A stretch of DNA of 32,934 nucleotides, taken from positions 1-32,934 of the forward strand of contig NW_021832093.1 of the NCBI RefSeq assembly GCF_006345805.1, given 5' to 3'. This document shows positions 1 to 12,684 of this stretch, in pieces. Each line of letters starts with the position of its first letter. Position 1 is the first letter of the stretch. This stretch comes from Octopus sinensis. Taxonomy: Eukaryota. The notes beneath the pieces are model-generated. The model ran no database searches. It worked only from the letters and a program-made list of their open reading frames with translations, and was not told the origin of the DNA. A program made the translations under genes and the position numbers.

Positions 1-180
1 ATAGACAGCCAACAACTGATGAAGGGTCATTCATTGTATTACTGTTCATTTTTTCTTCCGTTATTTGCGTATTCATTTGTTTTCGTATTTCGTGTTGTTT
101 ACAGTTGGTTTACTGTTGGTAACGTCTAGTACCCATATATGCATATATATATATATATAGATATATTTTATATATTTATA

Positions 181-211
<31 letters not shown>

Positions 212-864
212 CGTGTGTGTATGTGTGTGTGTGTGTATGTATATGTATGTATGAAAAATATACGCAAATGTCTGAGTAGATATATATGTGTGTAATAGTC
301 CAGTCACTAAAAAAACTAACAGTAAAGAAGGCCAACAACAAATTCTATATCTAAAGATTTGAACGTTAACAACAACACATGCACATACACGTACATTTTT
401 CACATATACACATTCATGAAACTTAGCCATATACGATTGCTCACACACACATGCACACACAAAACACACACACATGCACACACAAAACACACAGACACGC
501 ATATATACGTACATAGGCATAAGTCTATATTCATATGTGTATGCATATATATTTGAATATATGTACAATAAGCAATGCACCTATATAAACCTATATTTTG
601 TGCATAATTGCTTTGCCTAGATGATGGTGCCGTACATAATCCTTCTTAAAAGTGATAGAAAATCTTGTACAGTTAATATAGAAAACAAACATTCCAGACA
701 TAACAATAACAATGAAACTAGCAGTCTTAATGTATTATTAGCTGAGACATTACGTGCACATTCTGTTGCACAGACACACACATGTATTTGTATGTATATA
801 TACATCTAGGTATATATATAGGGATGGGAGTAAATTTACTTATGCGTTTAGATTAGCATATATC

Positions 865-896
<32 letters not shown>

Positions 897-987
897 CACA
901 TATATATACAGAGAGAGAGGGGGAGAGAGGAGGAGGAGAGGGAGATACATGGATAGATAGATAGATGGTAATCTTATGTACGTTCGT

Positions 988-1156
988 AGGCGCAGGCGTA
1001 GCTGTGTGGTAAAAAGCTTGTTTCACAACCGCATGGTTCTGGATTCAGTACCACTGCGTGTCAGCTTGGGTAAGTAGTTGTTACTATAGCCTAGGGACGA
1101 CGAATGGCTTGTGAGTGGATTTGGTAGAGGGAAACTGATAGAAGTCCGTCGTATAC
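988..1156 (+). mobile_element. tRNA-derived CORE-type SINE (family B, octopus OR2-like), 5' half
   Basis: A-box-like TAGCTGTGTGG, degenerate B box GGATTCAGTACC and CORE-like CTTGGGTAAGT..TTACTATAGCC. Colinear with the copies at 22631-22997 and 26641-27052. Ends at an internal microsatellite. Confidence 0.85.
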
Positions 1157-1165
1157 ACAACACAC

Positions 1166-1232
<67 letters not shown>
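1166..1232. repeat. (GATA)n microsatellite
   Basis: Perfect tandem GATA. Confidence 0.98.
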
Positions 1233-1296
1233 CAGTTTAGGTGTAGCCCTGGAAAGAAAAACCTACATATATATATATATATATTCTACATATATA

Positions 1297-1625
1297 GTGC
1301 CAAGGAGTCCAAATTTGCCATCAAGATGTAGGACAAGATACTACGGTAGCCTGGGCTTCAGAGGTCCACAGCTCTTCAATATCCTCCTGAAGGACCTGAG
1401 AGACCCGCATGGGGTGGATGCAGATGTCTTCAAAATAAAGTTGGACCTCTTCCTGTCAGGTGTCCCAGATGAACCAACTTCACGGCAGGAGGTGCAGATG
1501 AGGGCAGTTGCATCAAACTCTCTCATGCTAAAAAGCATTCGTGAAGTAAAATCATGTAGCAACACCGAATGGCAGTGCCCCAGCATGGCCACAGCTCGTG
1601 AACTGAAGCTAGATGAAATGGAATG
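1297..1625 (+). mobile_element. CR1/L2-group LINE 3' end (ORF2 C-terminus plus 3' tail)
   Basis: Translates SLGFRGPQLFNILLKDLR..FKIKLDLFLSGVPDEP..RAVASNSL, a typical CR1/L2 ORF2 C-terminus. Followed by tail GGCAGTGCCCCAGCATGGCCACAGCTC. Homologous to 28358-28572. Confidence 0.85.
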
Positions 1626-1699
1626 AAAAACAAAAAGGAAATAAAAATATTTCTGTCTCTATATCTATCTATCTATACAGGAACACACATACACATATA

Positions 1700-1714
1700 C
1701 AGTATAACATATAT

Positions 1715-1795
<81 letters not shown>

Positions 1796-1835
1796 TGTAT
1801 GTATGTATGTATGTATGTATGTATGTATGTATATA
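1700..1835. repeat. (AT)n/(TATG)n compound microsatellite
   Basis: Directly visible tandem repeats. Confidence 0.95.
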
Positions 1836-1991
1836 TTTACTAAAATATCTCTATATATGAATAAATTAATATATATATTAATATATATATATGTATAATT
1901 AGTAATATATATAAATATGTGTGTATATATATATTGAATATAGATATATATACATGTATAGATATTAACAGATAGATAGATAGATATATAT

Positions 1992-2024
<33 letters not shown>

Positions 2025-2479
2025 GGAGAGTGAGAGAGAGAGAGGGGAATAAGAGAGAAAGTTACAGAAGTGAGACAGAGAAGTTACAGGTTGAGATATA
2101 AGAAAACAAAAACAGCAACTGGCAAACATGCAATGGAAAAAATATTAGAACATTAAACTTTCGAGACACCCCCATTTCATCTATTTGTTAAAAAGACTTC
2201 CTTTCGACTTCAACTCTATACTTCTTACACCTTAACAGAAGCATTAACTAGCATAACATCATATGAATAACAAAATATTTCTGGAAATTACGAAAGCTCT
2301 TTCTGCTCCTATTTTTACTGTTTTGCTTTATGATATTTGCCCATTGTTGATTACAACGATTCATTGACAGGCGACATGTTCATGTAATCTTTCATGTAGT
2401 GAGCTAATATTTCATTGCAGATAGAAAGCCGTCACTTTACAGTGAAATATTGCTTGCTTTCACCTATTACCTAGCGACT

Positions 2480-2652
2480 CTGTATATGTATATATATGTG
2501 AGTGAATGTGTGTTGTGTTTATGTACATGTATATTTGTATATATGTGTATATACGTATATGCATAGATATGTATATATATATATATGTACATGTATATAC
2601 ACACACATGTTTATATATATATGTATATATATGTGTGTGCGCGGTATGTGTG

Positions 2653-2702
<50 letters not shown>

Positions 2703-2774
2703 CATATATATATATACATATATATAACGATAAAGATTGATAGAGGTAGATAGGTAGATAGATAAACAGATATT

Positions 2775-2829
<55 letters not shown>

Positions 2830-2880
2830 TATATAATACATGCATATAATATGCATAAGTGTACATATATCTGCTTGTGT
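2480..2880. repeat. (AT)n/(GT)n compound low-complexity tract
   Basis: Directly visible. Explains the YI/CV-rich pseudo-ORFs here. Confidence 0.9.
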
Positions 2881-3544
2881 ATGTCTATGTAATATGTGTG
2901 TATTAGTATTCGTAATTCTTCAGTCATTCTGTCAGAAAAACAGCCATTCCATCATTTTTCCCTATTCCTTTTACCCTACTCTGTAATTCATTATGATTTT
3001 CGGCTGCCCGTAAGGAATCGAGATGTATTTACTGTGGAAGTGGTTCTTTCGTAACAAAAATCTTCCTTTGGGAATGGTTTTTATTTGCTGTATTCCATCA
3101 TTGTATCAATGATAGCTGAGCACCATATTTCATTTTCAGCACCGTCTATGAATGGATTGAGGCATATTTCACTAATCAATCAACGGATGTGATAATTCTG
3201 AAGGGACAATTTTTCAAGAAACACCGGTCGATCATTTTACCGAAAATGAGAGTCGTTAAGGCATGAAAACGTTATACTTGACAAATAAGCGAAAGAATTT
3301 GATTTGTCTAGCTATACTTATGTGAATATATCATGTAGATAAAGATATTGATATATTATGTAGGCAGATCTTGATATATCAATGGATAGAAAGCCATTCG
3401 TTTGTAACATATATAAAAATAAATGATAAGTATATTTTTCAGAGTTCCAGTGAAGCTATCTATTAACGTGCTTTTCCATCAAATAAGTGGATTTTCTTGC
3501 ATCCATCTCTCTGCGTACATATAGAAGAGCGCATTTGTGATGCA

Positions 3545-3584
<40 letters not shown>

Positions 3585-3979
3585 AGTAAATAAATGGTAC
3601 AACGAGGCACCGATATTTACTGGAAAATAGCAATCGTAATAAGTACGACGCTATTGTATACCTTCACTGCGTATATACTAGCAAAGACGCGTGTGTGCAA
3701 CAAACATGAAAAAAATGTGTCTTACCTCTAGGAAGAACATCTGAAAAATGGAAAACCTAGAATCGGATAATGCAGTACCGGTTTCAGACTCTTCAAATAC
3801 GTTTGACAACGTAGATATGATTTTACTTTTATATGTATAATTTTACCATTACGGGCTATCTTTTACTGGAAAGTAATACTTTCGTATTGCATTATTATTT
3901 TCATATATATATATCTATATATATATATTACGTTTTTGTATTCTTATTCGTGCTTTTCTTATTGTTTTCACGTATTTCT

Positions 3980-4225
3980 GTATTTTTATTCGTGTACATC
4001 GTTCGTTTTCAGTCCTTGTGTTGTATACATTCGAAGCTTTCTTCCAAGGGATCTAATGCGCTTGGCTTAGATTTCCCTTGGGGGCTGCCAGGTCGGAGCA
4101 ATCTCAAGATTAATCAGCCGAATTGCGAAGATGATCGGTTCTTGACTGACGACTGAGGGCTTCGAATGTCCCGTCCTGTGGTTCTTGTGTCGTCTTCTAG
4201 GTGTTTCACGTTCTTGTCCCAGTTT
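3980..4225 (+). repeat. Unclassified dispersed repeat (family X), copy 1
   Basis: Colinear with 21860-22085: TATACATTCG..ATCTAATGC..GGGGCTG..CGGAG..GAGATT/AAGATT..CAGCCGAA..AAGATGATC..GACTGANGA..GGCTTCGA..CCCGTC..TTCTTGTGTCGTCT..GTTCTTGTCCCA. Confidence 0.8.
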
Positions 4226-4245
4226 GTATATATTTTTAATTTTAC

Positions 4246-4322
<77 letters not shown>

Positions 4323-4626
4323 GTGTGGTGTGGTTGAATTCAAGGAGGGACACATTTTATTCATGCATTAAGACAGATGCGTCTCAATGCTTGCATATAT
4401 CATGTACGTGCAAAATGGTTGAATATTCCAAAACACGCGTAACATTAATACAATTGTCAGAATGTATGCAGCACAAGCACCAGAAGGCTGGTCCTGTGAA
4501 ATACACTTACAGCCCATCCAACGAGCTTCTACTCCGATTCTGTCTACTTAATTTCGCTCAGAAGGCTTAGGCCAACCAAAATGCCATGCACCAGAATCGA
4601 ACCCGATACTTGTAATTGAACGCACC

Positions 4627-4765
4627 TGGCTTAGTGGTTTGGACGCTAGGCTCGTGATTTCGATTACTGCATCGTCAGCACGCTATGTACTTAATCAAGG
4701 TACTTCGCTTCAGATTGCTTCAATTATACTCAGGTAGCAATGTGTATTAGCCGAGTATCAAAGCC
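4627..4765 (+). mobile_element. Degenerate tRNA-derived SINE head and CORE-like segment
   Basis: A box TGGCTTAGTGG and a B-box-like GATTTCGATTAC, followed by a CORE-like AATCAAGGTACTT. Heavily diverged. Confidence 0.45.
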
Positions 4766-5309
4766 CGCTTCTTTCTTTCTAGCTCTCACAAACTTGAGAC
4801 CCTTCTGGGTCCATAGTGGGAGAACGGAGATTGTGTCGATATTTAGATTGTTCCTGATTATGTAAAGCACCTGGCAGCCTGGTACATGCTACCAAGTCTC
4901 ACACGCTTGCCCGTAATGGATATGATTTTATATAAATGTGTATGTGTGTGTGTGTGTGTATACATACATATGTGTATGTATGTGTAGATATCCCTCCTGG
5001 CGATATAAACAAACAAACGTGCATCCTGCAGCAAAAGCCTATATGAGAGTTTCTCTCATATACCGCAGTAAAGTTTGTTCTAACGGAACATCCACGTTTA
5101 AGTGGAAATAAATAAAATTTAAGCATCTTTTTATGGGATAACCACTACCAAGTCTTCTCTGAAATCGCATCTGAATCACAGACAATTTAGCGCTTTTTTA
5201 ACTCCCAGTGTTATGTTACTCCACTTTCCTTTAAGTTATTCCTACAAGACCGTTATCGCCACCACACCACCACCACTACCAACAACAACAACAACAACAA
5301 CAACAGTAA

Positions 5310-5530
5310 AATGGTTTCAAATACTGACACAAGGCCAGCAATTAATTCTAAAGGCGGACGTCAGTGGATTACATTGATGCGAGTATTTGACAGGTATTTT
5401 AATTTATCGACCTCGAAAGGATGACAGGTAAAGTTGACCCCGATTGAATTCGAACTCAGAACGTAACGACTCGGAAGAAATACCACAAGGCATTTTGTTC
5501 AACGTTCTACCGATTCTGAGGCATCAGCTG
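5310..5530 (-). mobile_element. tRNA-derived SINE, family A (Meta/MESC-like central domain)
   Basis: Matches the 20209-20440 copy: TTTATCGACC.CGAAAGGATGA..GG.AAAGT.GACC..GAATT.GAACTCAGAACGTAA..GAAATACC. Confidence 0.8.
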
Positions 5531-5605
5531 AGTGGGAAATAATACAAGGACAGTTTACAATTTGTGTGAAGGGTTACATAAAATTATGTGATCGCATATG
5601 TTATA

Positions 5606-5805
5606 CAAGTGGCACCCAACCCCTTTCATTATTCTTCTAGTTTGCTGGACCCCCAAACCCATTCGATGTTTAAAAGCTAGTTTTCTAGATGCTTCTTTCA
5701 AAATTCTTATTTTGTTTTTCAGATATTAATTTGTGTCTGAAATTAATCCAAATAACATTTTTATGGACCCCCATGGGTCATATGGAGCCCAGTTGAGAAG
5801 CACAG
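5606..5805. mobile_element. Possible hAT-type MITE relic
   Basis: Ends CAAGTGGCACCCAAC and GTTGAGAAGCACAG resemble degenerate CAGTGGTTCYCAAC / GTTGAGAACCACTG hAT termini. Internal GGACCCCC motif occurs twice. Confidence 0.4.
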
Positions 5806-6213
5806 CGTTATACAGTCTGCCTGCTACAGGATCTCTGAAGAGGGCCAATCCATAAAACCTACAAATACAAAATTATTCTGACCTTTAAAGGCACCAGGGG
5901 TCACCCAACTGCCGTTCTCTAAACTATTATGCGCATGCTTAGAGAAGGCCCATTCATCCTAACCATTTTTGCCATAGCCACTCACCTTTTTACAAATTAA
6001 ATGGAGGAGGGAGCACTTCTCTAATCACCCTTATTTTCTTTTCCAAGTGGACCTTCAAAAGTCGATAAGGGTTTTACTATTTCTGATATAGGTACAAGCG
6101 TGAAGTTTGTGGATTCCAGTACTTAACTGTTTTTTAAATTTTATTCATGTCCGAAGAAATACCCCAATGCATATGATCCGACTCACTACCGATTCCACCT
6201 GCTGCTGTTGTTG

Positions 6214-6214
<1 letters not shown>

Positions 6215-6305
<91 letters not shown>

Positions 6306-6436
6306 TAAAATGAAGTAGAGTGACAAAATTATTTTTTGAATCTATTAAAGACACAAGATGTCGAAATATCGTTCACTACATGTTAATGACACTCTTTTGA
6401 CTCTATATCTTATGGAATTACCTCAATCCTTTGTAT

Positions 6437-6476
<40 letters not shown>

Positions 6477-6531
6477 TAATAATAATAATAATAATAATAA
6501 TATTAATAACAACAACAACAACAACAACAAC

Positions 6532-6572
<41 letters not shown>

Positions 6573-6597
6573 TGATAATAATAATAATAATAATAAT
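6215..6597. repeat. (ACT)n, (AAT)n and (AAC)n trinucleotide microsatellites
   Basis: Tracts at ~6215-6305 and ~6440-6597. Confidence 0.95.
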
Positions 6598-6700
6598 TTC
6601 TTTTATTGGCCATAGGGGGCCAAGACATGGAGGACAATATCGAAGGACGAGTTAGACCACAGAAATCAAAACAAAAACAATAAAATACAAAAATAATAAT

Positions 6701-6940
6701 AATCCTTTCTACTATAGGAACAAGGCCTGAAATTTGAGGGAAGGGATAAGTCGATTACATTGCCCCCCCCCCACCCACCCACCCACCTTACTCAATTGTT
6801 ACTTATTTTATCGACCCTGAAAGGATGAATGAAAAGCATAGTAAATCTCGGCAGAATTTGAACTGAAAACGTAAAGAAGGACGAAATACCGCTAAGCATT
6901 TTGCCCGCCATGCTAACGATCCTGCCAACTCACTTCCTTA
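6701..6940 (-). mobile_element. SINE family A copy
   Basis: TTTATCGACCCTGAAAGGATGAA..GAATTTGAACT..ACGAAATACCGCTAAGCATTT..GCTAACGAT.CTGCCA. B box GTTCAAATTC on the minus strand. Confidence 0.85.
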
Positions 6941-7097
6941 GATTCCAGGATCGTAAAGAAAGAGGAAGGAAAGATAGAATCCCTTAAAGTTTGAAATGGG
7001 AAGAATTTAGAGCATGCGAATAGTAAAGGTCGCGCCTATAATAATTGGTGCGTTGGGAACAGCTAGCCAAGATATAGATAAATGACTGAAGGACCAT

Positions 7098-7176
7098 GGG
7101 ATCGATTTGCTCGACTAAAGGCGGTGGTCCTGCATGGCCGCAGTCAAATAACTGAAACAAGTAAAAGAATAAAAGA

Positions 7177-7180
<4 letters not shown>
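7098..7180 (+). mobile_element. SINE family B 3' tail
   Basis: TCGATTTGCTCGACTAAAGGCGGTG..CATGGCCGCAGTCAAATAACTGAAACAAGTAAAAGAATAAAAGAAT. Confidence 0.85.
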
Positions 7181-7210
<30 letters not shown>

Positions 7211-7224
7211 GAATGTATATAGCC

Positions 7225-7645
7225 ATCCACCTGTCTTCTCCATCCACATCCACTATTCCTGAAGGAGTCGTGTGGGGTAGAGCAATCAGCACCTTCTCTT
7301 TAATGTTCTTTGAGAAGCACTCGCCTTTGCATCGTCGGCTAGATTCCTGAGTATGAAAAGCTACGACTATAGCCATTATCCAATCATCTCGTTCATTGTC
7401 TAACCCTAACTCTCCTGCCGGTTAGATCGGTTTGAAGAATCCATCTTCTGATTCGTTCCCACGACATGTTCCGTGGTACGGGTGCTGTGACCACGCAATG
7501 CAGAGGAGTAGTGACTCGATCTGGAGAGGTTCTTTGATTACCGAGCTAAGCAACCTGACAGGTAACGTGACTCCAGAGATCCATTTCGGTCGTCTGTGTT
7601 CGCCATCGTATACTTTTGGTCCTTACCCAGCATTCGTGAACAAGG
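7225..7645 (-). mobile_element. RTE-clade LINE 3' remnant
   Basis: Minus-strand frames give HECWVRTKSIRWRTQTTEM, IKEPLQIESLLLCI..SQ and ERIRRWILQTDLTGRRVR..TR*LDN, resembling the RTE ORF C-terminus. GATG-like tail. Frameshifted with stops. Confidence 0.65.
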
Positions 7646-7654
7646 TGCATATAG

Positions 7655-7682
7655 GTGTATGTTTGTATATGTGTGTGTGTGC

Positions 7683-7741
<59 letters not shown>

Positions 7742-7770
7742 TGTGTCTGTATTTGTGTATTTGTGTATAA
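7655..7770. repeat. (GT)n microsatellite
   Basis: Directly visible. Confidence 0.95.
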
Positions 7771-8144
7771 ATGCGTAAACACATTTTCGCTTTTGAATGT
7801 AAATACTGCAGAGTTTATTCGTTTTCCAATAAATGCGTATATATATAACACTTTGCGCTCGTTTGGACATTCAAATGCATTCCTGTGTTCTGAAGATGTA
7901 TGGTGGGTGCATGCGTGTATGTGTTTGTTTAAGTGTGTAGGGGGATGTTTGTGTGTGTGTGTGTGTGTGTGTTTATGTGCATGTGTGCTTATGCATGTGA
8001 ATACATAAGCACGAGTGCATTTAAAGATGCAAATGACAAATAGATAGGCTGATAAACAGAGACAAATAGCCTGACAGCATCTTACATATACGTATGATAA
8101 TACATTTATGTATTAATATGGACATATATATATATGCCATCATT

Positions 8145-8218
8145 CATTCATACATACATATATACATGCATGCAAACATACATACATACATACATACATA
8201 CATACATACATACATACA

Positions 8219-8252
<34 letters not shown>

Positions 8253-8310
8253 CAGACATTCATTCATGCATATATTGAAGTATATATATATATATATATA
8301 TATAATAATA
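8145..8310. repeat. (CATA)n/(AT)n microsatellite
   Basis: Directly visible. Confidence 0.95.
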
Positions 8311-8505
8311 TATATATACCTACATATATTCATACATAGAATCATTCATGCATATGTACATACATCGATGGATGAATATAGATTAAGAAAAACCTGAGAG
8401 AAAAGTAATATCTGTCTGTATGTATTTGTGTGCACGTGCGATTATGTTTATTTTAGCTCGTGTAATATGTATACACACACAGACACACACACACACACAC
8501 TCACA

Positions 8506-8537
<32 letters not shown>

Positions 8538-8754
8538 TACACACACTCAACAAACATACATACATATATATATACGTAGGTGAACGTTCGCGCGTTTGCG
8601 AGGTTCTTCCCTGTCTTCCTAGCATCTTTGTCTATCAGAATAAAACGCATATACAGGGACTTTGTATGAAATCAAATGAGATACAAGATGTAACATAGAA
8701 CGATATATAAAATATAGAATTGCAAAATGATTAAGCTATTTCGCTTTGACATGA

Positions 8755-9307
8755 CCAACATATGTATATACATACATACGTATATACATGCATATATATG
8801 TGCGTGTGTGTGTGTGTGTATGGATTTACTATACATGTATATATACATACACACATATCTATACATATGCATGTATGTATGTATGTATGTATGGATATTT
8901 ATATTTATATATATACATGTACATATATATACGTATATATGTATGTATATATTTGAATATATATATGTGTGTGTATATGTGTGTACGTACAGTATATATA
9001 CTTAAACACACCAATATATATATAGATATATTTATGTAGATATGTATGCATGTATGCACGTGTTTTTTGTATGCACATACGTACACACATAATATGTATA
9101 TATACATATGTGTAATATATATATATATATATATATACTATATATATATATATACATATATGTATATATATATATATGTATATATGTATATATATATATA
9201 TATTATATATGTATATATATATATATATATATGCATACATATAATATACATGCACACATTTTCATGCACATATATGTATATATACAAATTAAATGCATGT
9301 ATATATA

Positions 9308-9351
<44 letters not shown>

Positions 9352-9400
9352 GCTTGTGTATGTGTGCACGTTTGTGTCTATATACGTGAATGTGTGTGTG
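8755..9400. repeat. (AT)n/(GT)n/(TATG)n low-complexity tract
   Basis: Directly visible. Confidence 0.9.
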
Positions 9401-9691
9401 TGCCAAGCAAAACACAAGACTATATTGTGAACCAGCTATAAGAATATTTATGACCTGTGAGAGATCAGATGAGACGTAGACGCAAAGGTCTTCAGAATGC
9501 ATCCGACACTTCAGTGGTTATTCTACAGATGTAGTAAATGAGGGGAGAGCCAAAATTAATGACCTCGGAGAGCGCAGAAGAAACAGTAGAAGGAATAGCC
9601 GAGAAGATGTTTCTTAAGTTATTTCAGATAAAGACGTCGATACTGTTTAGAGAAATTTGATACTGTACAATGTCACGCATTGCCTTTTTAT

Positions 9692-9722
9692 TTTCTATCT
9701 ATCTATCTGTCTTTCTATCTAT

Positions 9723-9792
<70 letters not shown>

Positions 9793-9793
9793 C

Positions 9794-9832
<39 letters not shown>

Positions 9833-9839
9833 GTCTATC

Positions 9840-9923
<84 letters not shown>

Positions 9924-10050
9924 TCTATCTGTCTGTCTATCTATCAATCTATCTAGCTAGCTAGCTATCTATCTGTCTCTCTGTCAGTCTGTCTGTCTAT
10001 CTACCTATCTATCTGTTTGTCTGTCTTTCTATCTATCAATCTATCTATCT
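9692..10050. repeat. Compound (TCTA)n/(TCTG)n/(TC)n/(TAGC)n microsatellite, left flank of LINE
   Basis: Directly visible. Confidence 0.97.
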
Positions 10051-12684
10051 GTTTTAGTAAAGAGGGCTTTGACGGGAGCCATCATCAACAACAAATGGTG
10101 GTTTGCCCTCAAGAGAGCAGTAAAAGCAGAAGCGATTAGGTACAGCAAAGCACTAGCCATAGATAGAAATAGAGTAGAGGGTGAGCTAGTTAAGAAGCTA
10201 GAAGAGGCAATTAGAAGCGGCATCGCATCCGACGTTTTGGCGGCGAGGTTGGCCCTCGACCAACACTTCAACGCCAAACACGAAGGATGTGCTGTCAGAG
10301 CTAGGATGCGTGCTCTAAGGAATGAAGGTGTTGGTGCCGCGAGAGAGAGGCCCGGGTGGCAGAGGCGCAACAGGGCAACAAAGCCACCATTCGGTCACTG
10401 GTAGATGAACAGGGCGCGAATTGCTCGAGCCAAGTAAAATGTGTGAGGCCTTTCAGCAGCATTTTGCCCGACTGTTCGGGACGAGTGGAGGGCAAGAACG
10501 TAGGGTAGACTTCAGTGCCTACCTACATAGCCTGCCACGACTCTCGACAAGAAAGGCAGGGTGCTGCGAAGGTGCCATCACGGCGGCGGAAGTGCGGGAA
10601 GCGATGGCAGAATGCTCGAGGACAAACACCGGGTTTGGATGGTCTACCCTACGAATTTTACTATTGTATGCCAGACTTGTTTGGAGACGTCTTGGCAGCG
10701 GTATACTGCAACTGGCAGCAAAACGGGAGCATACCCGGTTTTGTGAGTCGAGGAGCTGTAACTCTCTGAAGAAAGATCCAAACAAGGGAAACATTATAGA
10801 TAACTTTAGGCCAATCACTCTGCTCAATGCAGACCTGAAATTTTGACAAAGGTGTTAGCCAAGAGGTTGGCGCTTGTCATGGAGAAACTGGTCGACAACG
10901 CACAAACGTGCGCCGTGCCGGGCCGGAGCATCCATGACAACCTCCATCTGATGCGCTACATCATAGACAGGGTAGTTAACGAACCTGGCATGGGTGGGGC
11001 CCTGATCAACTTGGATCAATCGAAGCCTTTGATAGGGTAGACCATCGATACTTGGAGGCAGTCCTGAGAGCGGCTGGTTTCGGGCCCGTCTTCCGCGGCT
11101 GGATAGCTGCCTTGTACAGAGGCATCCGTTCGGTAATTCGCGTAAATGGACATCTATCGAGACCCTTCGACATTGCACGTTCGGTCCGTCAGGGATGCCC
11201 CCTCTCGGCGCTTCTATACATATTGACTCTTGAGCCACTACTGCGGAAGCTGGCGACTCTGAGGGGCATCCCGCGAGAATTAGGATGCGGGACGAGCGTG
11301 TCTGCATACGCGGACGACGTCACCGTCATAGTGTCAAGCCACGAGCACATCGAGCGGGTCGGCGAGACACTGAAAGACTACGAAGCGGTGACAGGAGCAA
11401 AAATCAACCGGGAAAAGTCAGTGGGCTTGCGGCTCGGCACCTGGAGAAGCAAGCCCATGCCGTCCACAGTACCTCCGTCGTGGGACGCTGGACAGACGGC
11501 CCGGTTGAGTTGCTCGGGGTCTGGTTCGGTCCGGACCTCCAAATGGAGAAGAACTGGAACGAGATAACGAGTAGGGTGGTCACTCTCGCCCAGCAATGGG
11601 CCGAGAGGAAACTGTCCCTAAAAGGTCGGGCGGAGGTGGTGAACGCGTACATCGCGTCTATCATCTACTACCGCCTGACCGTCGTACCTTGTCCCGACCC
11701 TACCATCACCAAACTAGAACGCATTTCTTCCGCTTCTTGTGGAAAGGATGCGTCCCGATGGTCAGGCGATCCATTTGCTGTCAACACCCGTTAAAAGGAG
11801 GGCTGGGCATGCCGTGGTTGATGATGCGCAGACACGCGCTGAGACTGCGACATCTCCGGCTCTATGTAGACGACGGTGAACAGGTGTGGTCGCCGTTTGT
11901 GAGGCACGCATTCCCGCAACTCGTCTCCATGACCGAACTACAGTCGTGGATCAAAAAGAGGCCGAAGAAGGGCGAATGGCACCGCGAGTGTCGCGTTGCT
12001 CTCAAGCAACTCTGCCGTCCCGGGTCGACCTTGAGTGACTTCAACCAAAGCATTCTATAGGGGATTAGTGGAGGGGAGGTACGACGACGAGCTCGGGGCA
12101 AACCTGGGCGTCGACGAGGAATACCTGACCCGCCTGTTTCAAACGACTTTCGGCCCGGGACCTATGGACAACTTCCAGAGATCCCTGGCCTGGCGGTGCT
12201 ACCGAGAAGCGCTACCCGTTCGGGATAAGCTCTATAGGCATGGCTCGAGAAACACGGGGCCGACCTGCCCGAGATGCGGGCAGAGCGACGAAACCGCTCT
12301 GCACGCAATCGTGCAGTGTCCAGCAATTTCCCACCTGTGGGCTTATGTCGAACGACTGCTGTCACGTGTGGGACGTGTCGGTTTATCAGCCGAGTCTATC
12401 GTTAATATCGTCACGCCTCCTTCCTTCAAACGGGAAGGAAGAGCTATTTTTATCATACTTGTGGCTATGGCGAAAGAATGTATCTGGTGGACGCGTCTGA
12501 AAGGATTAGAGACAAACACTTTCCTCTCTGGTCAATCTCTCATCAACTTCTTCAAGTATCACTTGAAGAAAAAAGTGAGAGTAGAGAGGCAAGTTTTGTC
12601 TAGTGAATGTTTTAAAAAAGATGGGTGAATGTAGCAAGGATGGCACGTATGAATGACGAAGCCACCTTGACTATGATTCTATGA
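10051..12684 (+). pseudogene. LINE ORF2 (reverse transcriptase plus C-terminal CCHC zf-RVT), frameshifted; APE endonuclease missing
   Basis: Motifs NFRPITLLNAD, LINLDQSK(AFDRV), SVRQGCPLS, VSAYADDV, GAKINREKS, TCPRCGQSDETALHAIVQCP. Joining about 10 small indels gives one frame ending at TGA 12682-12684. Confidence 0.92.

Noticed and set aside
10-60. CTGATGA at 16-22 as a hammerhead core
   Set aside because: No stem II closure or GAAA follows. At most a broken fragment at the window edge.
2930-3500. Possible decayed Penelope-type RT coding
   Set aside because: Only faint resemblance (ADLDISMD..YKNK) with many stops. Cannot be supported without an HMM search.
4645-4680. Minus-strand CTGACGA..GAAA
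   Set aside because: Stem II does not pair at 10.1/11.1, no stem III or stem I forms, and it overlaps the B box of a SINE.
9420-9665. Possible RTE-like coding remnant (VFRM..LFY)
   Set aside because: Too few recognisable residues.
10041-12101. Antisense ORFs within the LINE
   Set aside because: Expected shadows of a GC-rich coding strand.
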